Position numbers and translations under genes: made by a program. A DNA stretch of 63,985 bases, filler included, from Fonticula-like sp. SCN 57-25 (lineage: Eukaryota): the NCBI GenBank assembly GCA_001724245.1. It is 3 parts of 3 records of this genome, joined end to end, with 100 filler letters (N's around TTAATTAATTAA, not from the genome) between each part and the next. Parts side by side here need not be neighbours in the genome. Positions count along the whole stretch, not along the records: positions 1 to 22,661 come from MEDX01000075.1; 2 more parts are not named here. One strand, written 5' to 3'. The notes beneath the pieces are model-generated. The model made no database searches and was not told the DNA's origin. It worked only from the letters and a program-made list of their open reading frames with translations. This document shows positions 1 through 11,605 of this stretch, piece after piece (position 1 is the first letter of the stretch; each line of letters begins with the position of its first letter).

Positions 1-34
1 TTTGCTTGGTTTTCTGACACTTTTTTTCTGCTAG

Positions 35-231
35 CGGGTAATATTGAGCGCGAGAATGCGAGCGAGGGCTTGGTGTACCTGACGTACGAGCTGCTGGCGA
101 CGGCCACACCCGATGCTGTCGCCTCCTTCCTCGAGTACATTGAGAGCGAGACGAAGCGCGTGCTCGACTTTTCGGTCTCGCAGACGTCGCTCGAGGAGGT
201 CTTTTTGAATGTGACGGGCGGGCACGAGTGA
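35..231 (+). CDS. 3' terminal exon of an ABCA-subfamily ABC transporter (gene starts before the window)
   Basis: After a pyrimidine tract and CTAG acceptor, manual translation gives GNIERENASEGLVYLTYELL...KRVLDFSVSQTSLEEVFLNVTGGHE*. The SVSQTSLEEVFL motif is typical of ABCA C-terminal regulatory regions. Confidence 0.75.
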
Positions 232-636
232 CGAGGCCCTTTTCTTCGTGTTTCTGTTGTATTTATCGCTTGAATGCTGCTCAATATACAGCGCGTTGAT
301 GATGTGTGCAGAGACAGTCAGAAGTGCTGCATAGGATACTGTCAATGAAATACAATCATGAATGATGGACAGAGGCGCTTTGGCTTGGTATGGAAAGCGT
401 GTTAATGGTCATAAAAGTACATAAATGCATTGTTTACCTTGCGTGAATTACATTGGGGGATCCTTAACTGACAGTAATTCACTGGTAGAGAGTGGTACTA
501 CTACGCGGTCTGATTGTGTCATGAATGTGGGGCACTTGGGCCATTAGACAATGCAATTGAACAACGCATTTCCACCCAGCATGGCACATCGTATTCCTAA
601 TATATTCACAAATAAATGTACAGTAAAAAGATAGTC

Positions 637-1368
637 TCATGCAATTGTGTTTTCGAGCTCAACGGCCGTCTTGACGAGCTGCTGCATCTGGCGCTGGTCC
701 GGCGGAAGTACCCGCGGGGCCGCCGTCGCCGCGCGCGGGGCAACGAGCCCCGTCGCCTCGTCAAGCACCCACCCGCGGTCGCGCACGCACTGCAGCGTCT
801 GCTCGCGGTCGGCCGCCAGCAGCGACGTCAGGCTGTCAATGTGCAGTGACGCGTACGTGCTGCCCACAAGATCAAGAACGCGCTGCCGATGCGCGGCTGC
901 ATCTCGAGTGAGAAAAAGGCAAAGTTAAAATATGCAGGCAAAGCGCACCGTGGGTAACGCGCACAAGGGACGAGACGGCCTCGGCGGGGCTCGTGAACGA
1001 ATGCATCAGGGTGAGCGCCTGCGCGTCATCGCCCTTGCGCAACAGGTCAGCGATCTGGGCGAGCTGCGACACGACGGGATCACCCTTGACCGCATCAGCC
1101 TGACGCGACCATGCGGTCCGGGCGCCGTTCCTGACGTGGTGTTAGCCAGAGCGAAAACGCGGGAAAGGCCCGGCAGGATGGCGCACGAATCGCCTTGGAC
1201 GATGGCTGCCGCCATCTCGACGGCGCAGACAAAGTTGGCAGGGTAGCGACTAGAATTGCCGCCAGATGCCGACGACAGTGACTCTTCAATAAAGAAAGCG
1301 AGGCTCGCGCGGCGCAGGGCGGCGACATCGCCTGAGGAAAGTGCGGCTTCAAACACTTCGGCCGACAT
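637..1368 (-). CDS. COPS8: COP9 signalosome subunit 8 (CSN8/PSMD8/eIF3K family), multi-exon
   Basis: Spliced product MSAEVFEAAL...NGARTAW...VLDLVGSTYASLH...RGWVLD...QMQQLVKTAVELEN resembles CSN8 (ARYLW; LVSQAYTSI; QGW.AD; QLARLTDYVAFLEN). Confidence 0.7.
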
Positions 1369-1500
1369 CTGCGGAAACAGGGAAACAGAAGCAGCAGGGG
1401 CAGCGTCGTACTGCTCACGTGATGTGATTGATTGCTGATTTGACTGTTTGTTTGACTGTTTGAATGTTTTGTCCGTCGCCATAAAAGATGGGTTCTCAAC

Positions 1501-1677
1501 TGCCGTGCTCTGCGAGAACGGGTAAACTGACACTGCTAATGGCGCCCTGTAGCTGAAGCTAATACCGTGCACCTAGGCATTGTATTAATCCGTTGTTATA
1601 AAAGACATGTCCTCTACTGCCATGGTCTGTGAGAACGGGAAACTGACAATGCTGATGGGGCCCTGGTGCTGTTGCTC
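1501..1677. repeat. Imperfect ~60-bp direct duplication (1501-1560 vs 1618-1677)
   Basis: tgccgtgctctgcgagaacgggtaaactgacactgctaatggcgccctg vs tgccatggtctgtgagaacgggaaactgacaatgctgatggggccctg. Confidence 0.75.
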
Positions 1678-2094
1678 ATACTGCACACCTGCCTTGCATT
1701 AAAGGTGCGCTCCTTGTCTAAATCCGAATGCTCTCCAGTAGTCGAGTGTGCGTTGGCCATCGTGCTGCTCTGTATAGGGCATGGGTGTACGTGCACCGCA
1801 CTCTCGGATGGTCCCTGCCTGTTACAAGCGGTTTGCTGGCGCCCGAAAGCGCTGCTGACGCCAAAAATGTTGCCAAAGTACAGCATAGGCACTGTACTCG
1901 CCCATGTTATGCTGATATCGCCCTTCTTTTCAACGGGCGAGGGGAATATCTGACGCCTCTGACTAAGAGCCGATGTGGGGGGTCAGGTAAGAAGTGCGCT
2001 GAGGTGTCGTCGTAGGATCGCAGGTGGATTACAGAACGAACGAATGCGCAGTGCGGGGTTGAGGAGCACACTACTTACGAAGAGCAGACAGTGC

Positions 2095-3647
2095 TCAGCG
2101 GATGCCTCGCGTTCTTGCAGTTTCAATTAAACGCTGCACACGTCTAGGGCTATCAACAACAGACGATTCGCTTCGTTTTGATGGATACAGGCAGAGAAAT
2201 TGCTGTTTGAAAAAGAGCTCACAATATTTATTAATTAGATAGCGCCATCGTCCACCATACACCTTCACCGCCATATCTGCGCGTTCGTGCGATAGGCTCT
2301 GAAACATCTGTTTTTCTGCGGGAGGAAAAGGCGTTGGGAGGAACCCGACTCTAGGTACTTTCTGCACTTTCTCCCGCCTAATTTCCCTCGATCAGAGTGG
2401 TGTTTCGTACCCTAAGCACTTTGTGCACGTCATTTAACTTCCGCAGGGTGCCCGTTAATTTGCTCGCTCCGCCCTTGACTCGATGCTAACACTGAGCATC
2501 AGTGTCTACGCTTGTAGAGGCAGTCTAGCCTGTTTGCCCCGGGCATGTAGGTGTGATGATGGAGAAGTTTAGATGCTGTTGAGGTCGTAGAGGTTGATTC
2601 TAGATGCGGTAGAGCAACACGAAGAATAGGTAGAACACGAAGAACGTGAACAACAACACAATGTGAGCCACAGAGAATATGAGACGCACCTAGAAGCAAT
2701 GCAAAGTACAGTAGGTGAGACAGGGCGCATTGGGGTTCCGTGCTGCACTGGTCCTCTCCTCTCTCTTTCTACTCAAATTCTCTAGTAGAAAAACTCCTCT
2801 GTCGGCAGTGACTCGGTAAGGAAGTTGCGGCCCAAGCGAGCGTATCAGAATGTCGGGAAGTCATTGGTGAACATCGAGTCCTCAACAGCATGACTCAAAT
2901 ATTTTCTTGCCGACGTTTGCAATGTGATGGAAATCGGAACAGGAGGAAAGTAGCCCCGCTCACTCACAATACATTCGTGTGTACATTGTACTCGGGCGGC
3001 AGCACTTCAAAAGTTCCATGCTAGGTAGGAAGAATCACAGGATACATCTGAAGGAGGGCTGTGTACGTAGTAATTTTCGCTTGTCTGACTCAGCCGTAAA
3101 CAGAGGTAACCAACCGTACTGCTGGGAACGAAATTAAGCAGGAGTACATCAGCCGACTCTTTCAACCGGTTCATGTAGACTGCTCATGGATATTACCACG
3201 AATTCGATGTAACATTTTCTTGCTTCCAAAAAAGACTCCCTCCTCCCATAAGGGTGCGAAGTTCGTTGAGAAGGTGATACGATTTGATCGTGAAATGCTT
3301 GATTTTTCAGCTTTGGTCCAATCATTTTGGATTAAAAAATAGTGGCTCTCTGATTGGCGATTTCAATGGAAAATCTGCATTCAATCATGCACTTTTTCAC
3401 CTCCCTCATTTGTACGTTCATGCTTTTCGATGTAGTTCCTCAGTGCAAGGTGGTAGGTAGGTGGGTATCCTCTATACCAGCGTGGCATCAAGCATCCTTT
3501 TATGTCCATTTGGTACCTGATAATGGGGCTCTCCTTGTTCCTACCAATAGCCTTTTGAAATATAATCGTCCGATGATAACGTCCCTCGTGTCCCATTGTT
3601 ATCCGACCAACGAGAGCTTTCTGTGAAGTCATCCGAGACCAACACAA
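2095..3647 (-). pseudogene. Possible decayed transposon-derived coding remnant
   Basis: AT-richer stretch with broken protein-like fragments (e.g. FLPTPFPPAEKQMFQSL...RWRYLINKYCELFFK; RWYRGYPPTYHLALRNY), many stops and no host-type exon/intron pattern. It lies next to a dispersed repeat. Family not determined. Confidence 0.25.
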
Positions 3648-3649
3648 AT

Positions 3650-4250
3650 GTCAGGATCCCTCCACACACCACACCTACATTTGGCGCGGCCGCACCACGC
3701 GCAACTCTTCCTTAGGCGGCATCATCCGACTCGTCTCATCGCGTGCTCTCGAACGCACACTGAACCATCGCTCTACGACACGTATTCGTGGAGATACGAG
3801 CTCCCGCTATATGCGATCATTCCAGATATGCCGACCGAACCGACGCCCCTCCATGGAGTCAACACTGTCGCTGACGCGCACTCGCGCACATGCCGACCAG
3901 CGACGAGCTGCGCGCAGCCACGGCGACTGCCCCGACCTCCTTCCGGTGCTAGTCCTGTTCCGCACTATTTTTGCGACCGACGACGTACGGGCGGAGGAAG
4001 GAGCGTCACAGGTGCCGCACCACATCCAACTCAGCGACGAGACGCCTATCCCATACCGCCTCGGACCAGCGCGGCTTCAGCAGGTGTAGGGGTTCCTGAC
4101 TCATGTTTGCTGCGCGAATCGTGACGTTCATATGCAGAACCAATAGTGCGCGCGCTACAGCTGGCTGGCAGGACGCCCGCGCCAATTGAACAACGGACGC
4201 ACACGCCTCACCGACTGGTCGGTCGAGCTTTTTTTTTATAACGAACGTGG
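3650..4250. repeat. Copy A of a degenerate dispersed repeat family shared with 42975-43645
   Basis: Shared blocks include ccgcaccacgcgcaactc, gctctcgaacgcac..aaccat.gctctacgacacgtattcg, cgacgcccctc and caatag.gcgc..ctacagctg.ctggc.ggacgccc.cgccaat. Confidence 0.8.
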
Positions 4251-4494
4251 AAAGGGCGAGACGTTGTTTGTGGTAGTCTGGTCCCTACGTTTGACAAAGC
4301 CGCATACGAAACAGCAGAAGGTAGTAGATTAAATGCTGGGCGACTGGCTCGAGCGATTGTCACATAAGGCGGCTGTGGTATTAAAAGCGTGCAGGGCCGT
4401 GCGGGATTAAGAAAGCCCTGCGGATAGAGTTCCCCGTCAGACTGGATAATGGATACCTCTTCGTCAGAGTATAAATATTTATATCATCATGTTA

Positions 4495-5638
4495 TTACAA
4501 ACCTGTACACTTCAAATACTCCTCAAGAGATGGCGGCATAATGCCAAACTGCTCCGATACCTCGTTCCCTTGGTCCATGATCGTGCGAAAGTTGGAGAAA
4601 ACCGCGCCAAAGAAGTAAAACGCGGCGACGGGGGAGCTCTTAACGCGGAGAACGTTGTTCTCAATGTCCAAGGCACCGAATAGTGCGACCATACGCGCAA
4701 AGGCCCATTTTGGACGGACACGAGCGCATTTCATTGCTGCGTTGAACGACCGTTCGCCAGTCGTCAAATCTGCGCCACTGTAATCGGAAACAATGCTGGC
4801 ATCCGTCACGTATCCGGGATCGCCGTAGACAACATATCTCTCAAACGGCGGTGCAGCGAGCATAGCCGAGAGGCCACTTACCTGCTGGTCCAAGTATGCA
4901 ATGATCCCGTCTGGCGTAGTGATGCTCTGAAACCTAAGAGCATGTGGGCCGCCATGGTTCAGTCGCTGACCGGTTGTCCGTCGACTGTATGACCACACAT
5001 CACTAAACCCCCAGCACTGGTCGAGCGGGGCGTTTAAACTGGCAACTGAACTGGCATAGTCTTCTAACCTGGGCCCTAGTCTTGCCGCATCCAGTCGCAG
5101 CAGCAGTTTTTCGGCAATGGGTATGATGCGCAAAATTATAGTTGTGACGATGTCGGACATGGCACCTGCCGACCTATGGAACTCGGACACCAGGTCATCA
5201 AAGTGTACGGGATTCGCCAGCTTTCTCAGTGTGAGGACAAGAGCCTCAAGAGTTGGCACCTGACATCACTCGGTCAGCTTCACGCAACCAGCATAAGGCG
5301 AAGGTGCGTACCCTGAGGCGGCTGCGGGTAAAGATCGTTTCCTCCCACCGCAAAGCGTCAATGATTTGGCGCAACTCGCGAACAGAGAAGCGCAGTTCCC
5401 GATATGAGCGCTCCGGATCGAGCTCGTAGACCGACACGTCGAACGCGTAAGGCGGGATCAGCGGCCGCTCGATCTTGCGGTGCTTGCGCTCGGACAAGTA
5501 GTGTTCATATTCTGCAACCGCTGCAATGGCCAGCTCAGACGGTGCATCAAGCAATAAGGTGGCAGCAACTATCGCCACCATTTGCTTTTCTGCCGCGATG
5601 TCAGATGCTCGTTCGTCGTCGGTCCGCTTTCGAGCCAT
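4495..5638 (-). CDS. PIF/Harbinger (HARBI1-like, DDE_Tnp_4) transposase-derived protein, 2 exons, catalytic Glu replaced
   Basis: Motifs LRFS..EL, LEALVLTLRKLA, CWGFSD, HALRFQSITTPDGII, YGDPGY and FNAAM...R...W.F. A 52-nt GTACG..AG intron (5260-5311) joins the two ORFs in frame. Confidence 0.85.
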
Positions 5639-6269
5639 TGCGTTGACAGTTGCCTGGTTCAAACTTCCCGCGCAAACGGTATGGAGAACGTCCAATCAGG
5701 AATGACCATTTTTTAGCGAGGATTTGTTGGAATGGGGTACCTGTGAATGGCATACTCTTCATCCAGGCTCATTCGTCCCAAAGCTTGAACACTGTACAAA
5801 AGAGCTGGGTATGCTATGCGCTGTTAGTGCCATCCTTTATGGATGCACAACGAAAATGAAGTGAAAGAAATTCGGTGAAGCCTTGACTTCCATTCATAGT
5901 GCAACCGAGTCGGTCCACTTTGACACCGACGCATACCTAATACGTGGAGCACAACGGCCTGCCGGGGCACCCTCGACAAATCCAGGTGTTCACTCTTATG
6001 AGGTAATGTACTCCTTATTCCTGACAGTATAGTAGCTATTCGTCTGTTCACCATCTTTCCATTCCACCCCCCCACGCTGCCCCTACGCGTCAACAAAACT
6101 TATTAGTTACGTTTGCAGCTCTAATGACATGCTTTATTGAAACTGTGTTGAATGCTGCTACCTAAACCACAGGCGGAAACCACCATCGCTACGCGAACTA
6201 TCTATAAACGCATTCATTTCGCTGAATATGCAACAAAAAGAGCACTACGTTGCTCCGATGATTGTTTCT

Positions 6270-7904
6270 CTACGCGGCAATGTAGTCGACAGTCTCCTCG
6301 ACGCACTTGATCCCCTCCTTCTCCAGGTCGGCCATGATCGGCTCGTAAATGTCCTTGGACATGGGAGCAAGGACACCAGTGCGGGTAATCTTGCCTGAAA
6401 ACCAACGCGCACATTAGCAGCCAGGTCACTATCATAATAAGACCGTATTAAGAACGTACCGTCGAGGATGAGCTGCACGGCAATGCCGCACGGCACGCCG
6501 ACAGTCTTGGCCATGGACGTGACGCCGTCCGGGATGCCGTACTCGAGCATGGTCGAGGTGCGCGTTTCCTATTCACAACTAAGCGTAAGCAGCAGCGCAA
6601 ACAGCCAACCAGCAAATGCGCACCTTGTCGCCGTTGGCGTGCTCAATCTCAAACGTGTGCTGCAGGAGGACCATGTCACGCTCACCAGCCTGGTAGGTCA
6701 TCTTGTCCTCGAGGGTGGCGGCGAGGCTGTCGAGGAAGGTGCCCTTGCGCGGAGCCTGCGCGTCCGCGGAGAAGAAGCCGAGCCAGCTCATGCCCTTCAG
6801 GACACGCTTGCCGGCCTCACCGTCCAACTTGACGCGCTTGAGAACCTCGGCGCGAAGCGTGGCCGCGTCCGACGCGGTGCCAAACAGCTTGGCGAGGCTC
6901 TCGGGCCACGACACGGGGGCGGCGCCGGCGTCGAGGTGCGCCTGCGGCGTCTCGTCCAAAAGGCCGCAGTCAACGAGTGCCTGCATGAACTGAGGGTTGC
7001 CCTGGTAGCGCAGGGTGCCGCGCAGGATGGTGTGCGCCTCCGGGATGTTGTAGCGCTTGTCATACGGAGTAGAGTCACGGTTCGGGTAGCCCTCGAGCGC
7101 AAAGGCGGGGTACACGAACACGGGGCGCGCGTTCTTCAGCAGCTCGCCAGCAGGGATCGTGACCGACTAACAGGAAAGAGTTAACGGCCAAGGAATTATA
7201 CGAAAACCGAGTGCGCGTACGGCGCCATCGCCGCGGTACTTTGCCTGGGCAAGGATAGCGAGGAGGACGCCGCGGGGCGACCAGCTAAACTTGTAGCCAA
7301 GCGGGTTGTTGGAGCACTCGGGCGCCGGAAGGCCACCGCAGTAGCTGAGGAACGAGAGGATCTTGCCGCCCTTCTCGTGCACCTCGTTGATCGTCTTGAG
7401 AGCGTAAAAGTGGTCGATTCCGGGGTCGAGACCGACCTCGTTCAGCACCGTGATGCCGGCGGCCTGCACCTCGTCCTCGAGCTCGGCCATCTTGGGGTTG
7501 ACATAGCTGGTCGTCACGATGTGCTTCTTGGTGCGAATGGCAGACTTCATGACAAAGACATGGTGCGTCCACGGGATCAAGCTCACCACAAGGTCGTGCT
7601 TGCTCACCAGGGCGTCCAGCTCGGCCTCGTTGGAAACATCCACAGAGGCGGGCGTCGCGCGGTCAAGGCCGACGCACTGGGCCTCGGCGTTCTTGAGCGA
7701 GCGGCTTGCTAATCGCGACGGTTAGCAAATCCACGCCCCAGGGCGGAGGAAAAACGCACCGACCGTCACGCGGTTCTCGGGGCGGCGAAGGATGTACTCG
7801 ATGGCAGGGGCAGCAACATAGCCGGAGCCCAAAACAAGCACGCTCCTACCAGCACAAGGTTAGCAGCACATCCGGTCGGGGTAGCAGGCGTACTTGGTCG
7901 CCAT
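6270..7904 (-). CDS. LYS9: Saccharopine dehydrogenase (NADP+, L-glutamate-forming; saccharopine reductase), multi-exon
   Basis: Motifs GSGYVA, HDLVVSLIP, TTSYV, NEVGLDPGIDH, SYCGGLPAPECSNNPLGYKFSWSPRGVL, GYPNRDS, RGTLRYQG, ERDMVLLQH and SMAKTVGVPCGIA. Confidence 0.95.
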
Positions 7905-8224
7905 TTCTTTGTCTTTCGAGTCGGTCGAACTGGACTGTAGAGAGCAGAACCAATAGAGAACCAAGTTTTTATGACGATTGGTGATTTCACGTGAGAGGCA
8001 TGCGATCAGGGCCTTCAATCAGGCACAATCAGACATCATTTCATAGGCGTAAATGCATTGTTGCAATGTTGTACGATACTGCAATGGAAGCCATGCATGC
8101 ACAGGAAAATATAGCCTTGGATATCCTCCGAACCAGGATGGTTTCTGCTCAATACGAAGAGGGAAAAATGTATTATATTATTAAAAATTCCTCGTGTGTA
8201 GAACATCGACCAGAGATACACAAA

Positions 8225-9431
8225 TTAAGCACTGGCAGCTTCTGTCTTCACAGCGCTGGCGGGCTCAGCCTCCTTGACGGCAGCAGCTTCCGCGGTCTGC
8301 TCCTTCTTTGCCGGTTCGCTCTTCTTCTTGACCTGCTTCTTTTTGCCGGCGGAACCCGACGCGGCCTCGGTCGCCGAGAGAGCCTTGGCGTCCTTCTGTC
8401 CACCGAACTTGGTGCGGTAGGTCTGGATGTCCTTGTCCTCGATGCGGGAGAAGAGATGCGCCGGGGTGCCGATGGCGTGGCCCGGCAGCAGGTCCAGGGT
8501 GAAGCGCTCCGGGATCAGGCGCATGGGAGCGTGAAGCTGCTTGAGCAGGTCGGCCGTGGTGCCCGGCATGAAGGGGTACAGCAGGGCCGAGAGAACGTAC
8601 GACAGGTTGGCCGCGAGCGAGATGACGGCGTTGCACCGGTCGCGCTCGTTGTCAAACAACGCATTGTCGAGGCGATTGTCCGTCAGCAGCTGGTTGCCGA
8701 GGCGCGACACATTCATGGCAATGCGCAGGCCATCACGCAGCTGAACACCGTCCATAGCGGCAATGTACTCGGCGAGCAGCTCGTCCACCTTGGACACAAA
8801 CGCAGTGTCCGCCTCGGACAGCTCGCACTCCGGAATGCGGCCGCCGTACTTGCTCTTCAAGAACTAAGGAGACGCACTAGTTTAGCAAAGGCCCAAAGAC
8901 AGAGAGACAGGACGGTACCTTGAGCGAGCGGTTGACAAAGTTGCCAAGGTTGGCAAGGAGCTCAGTGTTCACCTTGAGCTGCAGGTCTGACCACGAGAAC
9001 TGGCTGTCGTTCCCTAGAGTGCCACACGCGTTACTACTAGCACAGCCAAGGCGTGCACGGCGCGTACCCTCGGGCCGATTGGCAAGCAGGTAGAAGCGCC
9101 AGACACTGACGGGGATGTTTGTGTCGCGGGCATTGTTGCCAAACACACCGACGCCTCGGCTCTTGCTAAACTTACCATCCTCGTAGTTGAGGTACTCTAT
9201 GCGCATCCCATGTTAGCCAACAACGGTCACAAAGAGAATTTTATGCGGCTGCGCACCAGTCGTCGACAGGTGATGAAGGAGCGTGTAGTTTTCGCCTGTG
9301 CCGATGAGCGACGACGGGAAGATGACCGAGTGGAACGGCACATTGTCCTTGCCCATGAACTGGTAGAGCTGAACCTGCTCGGGGTTCTTCCACCACTTCC
9401 TCCACTGCTCCGTGTAGTTGGCGGTGATGGA

Positions 9432-9464
<33 letters not shown>

Positions 9465-11067
9465 AAAGACCTTCTTCTCGAGGCCGGGCAGCGGGACGGG
9501 TGTTCCCCACGAGAGGTCGCGGGTGATGCAACGAGACTGCAGGCCCTCCTTGAACCACGCGCGCGTGATGCTGATGCCGTTGGGGCTCCACTCGCCCTTC
9601 TTGGACGACTCGGTGAAGAACTTTTCGCAGTCGTCCTGGAGCTTCTCGAGGTGCAAAAACATGTGCTGCGAGGGCCGCACGACGGGGGCGGACCCGCAGA
9701 TCTTGCAGCGCGGGTTCTTGAGCTCCACCGCGTTGAGCAGCTTGCCGCACTGGTCGCACTGGTCGCCGCGCGCGTCATTGTAGCCGCACAGCGGGCACTC
9801 GCCCTCCACAAAGCGGTCCGACAGGAAGCGCTGGTCCTTTTCGCACCACTGCTGTTCAACAGACTCTTCCGAGAGGAGCTTGCGCTCATTCAGCTTGTGA
9901 AAGATGTCCTGCGCGATCGCAGTCTGCTGCTCCGTCGTCGTGCGGCCAAAATAGTCAAAGGAAATGTCAAACCAGTCGTAAATGTCCTTGTGGATCGCAT
10001 GGAACCGGTCGCAGATCTCACGCGGCCTAGTCAAATGGTTAGTCGTCAGGACAGCCCACAAAGCGCGCCGCACGTCGTGTTCTCCTGAAGCGCCTTGGTC
10101 TCAGTGGCGGTGCCGTACTCGTCCGTGCCGCAGATGTACAGCGTGTTGACGCCGCGCAACCGCGAGTAGCGCGCGTACACGTCGGCCGAGAGCACGCTGC
10201 CGATGATGTTGCCAAGGTGAGGCACGTTGTTCACATACGGCAGCGCCGAAGTAATCAGCACATTGCGCTCATTCTCAATAGGAAGCCTGTCGGCGCGGGT
10301 TAGTAGGCGAACAACCAGGAAACGGAGCGTACACTTGAGCGGTCGAGCTCATCACCTTCTGCACACCGGCGCGCACGTTTTCATTCGGGGCGAAATCCTC
10401 CACCTTCCCAGCAGGAACCTACACAATTCAATCAGCAAGGCCATTCACAAAGAGAAAAAGAATGATGCGTACTTGGACGAGCGAGCGGACATTGGAATCA
10501 TAGTACTCCATCGCGGAAGCGAACTGAGCCTTGAGCGCTGCGTACAGCTCCAGGACGGCCGCCGGCGCGCTCTTCAGGTTGCTGCGCTGCTCGGCAATAT
10601 AAAGGCGACCAAGCACAATGACACGGGCAGCGTCCGACTAGGTGGTGGCAGAGTTAGTCAAATGAACATCAAGAGCTGAAATCAGTCGCACGGTAAGGCC
10701 CGAGGAACCAATCGACAAGAGGCGGGTGATGAAGGCAGCGTCAATGTCAAGGCGCTGCTCCGCCTCAATGAGAGAACGCGAGGCATTATCAAGAGGCTCC
10801 TTTCCAAGAAGGTGGCAAACTGCCACATTGGCGTCAAAAAGGACTGCCTCAGGTGCATGCAAGAACACCGTCTTCTTCAGGCCGAACGGGAGCTCGGCAT
10901 CAGCTGCATTTAAGAGTGGTTAGACATCATGTGAACAAATAAATAGCAAACACACCAGAAAGCTTTTCTACAGTCAAGCTTGCTCCAGAAACCTGGGCAG
11001 CAAGGACGATCTTTACCGTGTCCTCGGCGCTCGCCGCATCGCCCACCAAACGCAGCACGTTCGCCAT
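8225..11067 (-). CDS. MARS1: Cytosolic methionyl-tRNA synthetase with N-terminal GST-like extension, multi-exon
   Basis: [20 protein letters not shown] (HIGH), CPLC/CDQC knuckles, [34 protein letters not shown] (KMSKS) and anticodon-binding helices. Confidence 0.96.
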
Positions 11068-11605
11068 GATGCACTCTTGAGGGGCAGTGAATAGCTAGTT
11101 TGATTTTGTTGATACGTTTTTCGTTACTACACACCGAAATCTCTTGTAGTTAACTTTCTTCTATCGTCTTTGACGGTAATGTTGCCTTGAATAATACGCG
11201 TTGTTGGCAGCGAAACTGCACACTAGTATCTGCGAGAGAGCTTGTAGGCTGAATTCGAATGCAACGGTGCAGCACTATGTGCTCCATCGAATCCTTAATT
11301 GTCGTAACAGTACAAGGAGCAGTCTCTTAAAGTAAATAAATAACATAATTCACTGTATCTGTATTTCATGACTATTTTTCGTATTCATAGTGCACAGTAC
11401 ACTACTATATTCAATAGGTCAATCCCGCGTGCTCGCATACTTCTCTTCAGTTCTCTACCGTATCACACTTCGTGACCTGTTTTGTGATTGGCTGCGAAGG
11501 CACGTTGTTTTCGGGCCGTCCAATCACGTTCACGGATGCCGGATTTTTGAAGCGACGCAAAAACCGGCTACATTTATTTGAGAGACCCACGAAAGCTCGA
11601 TCCCC

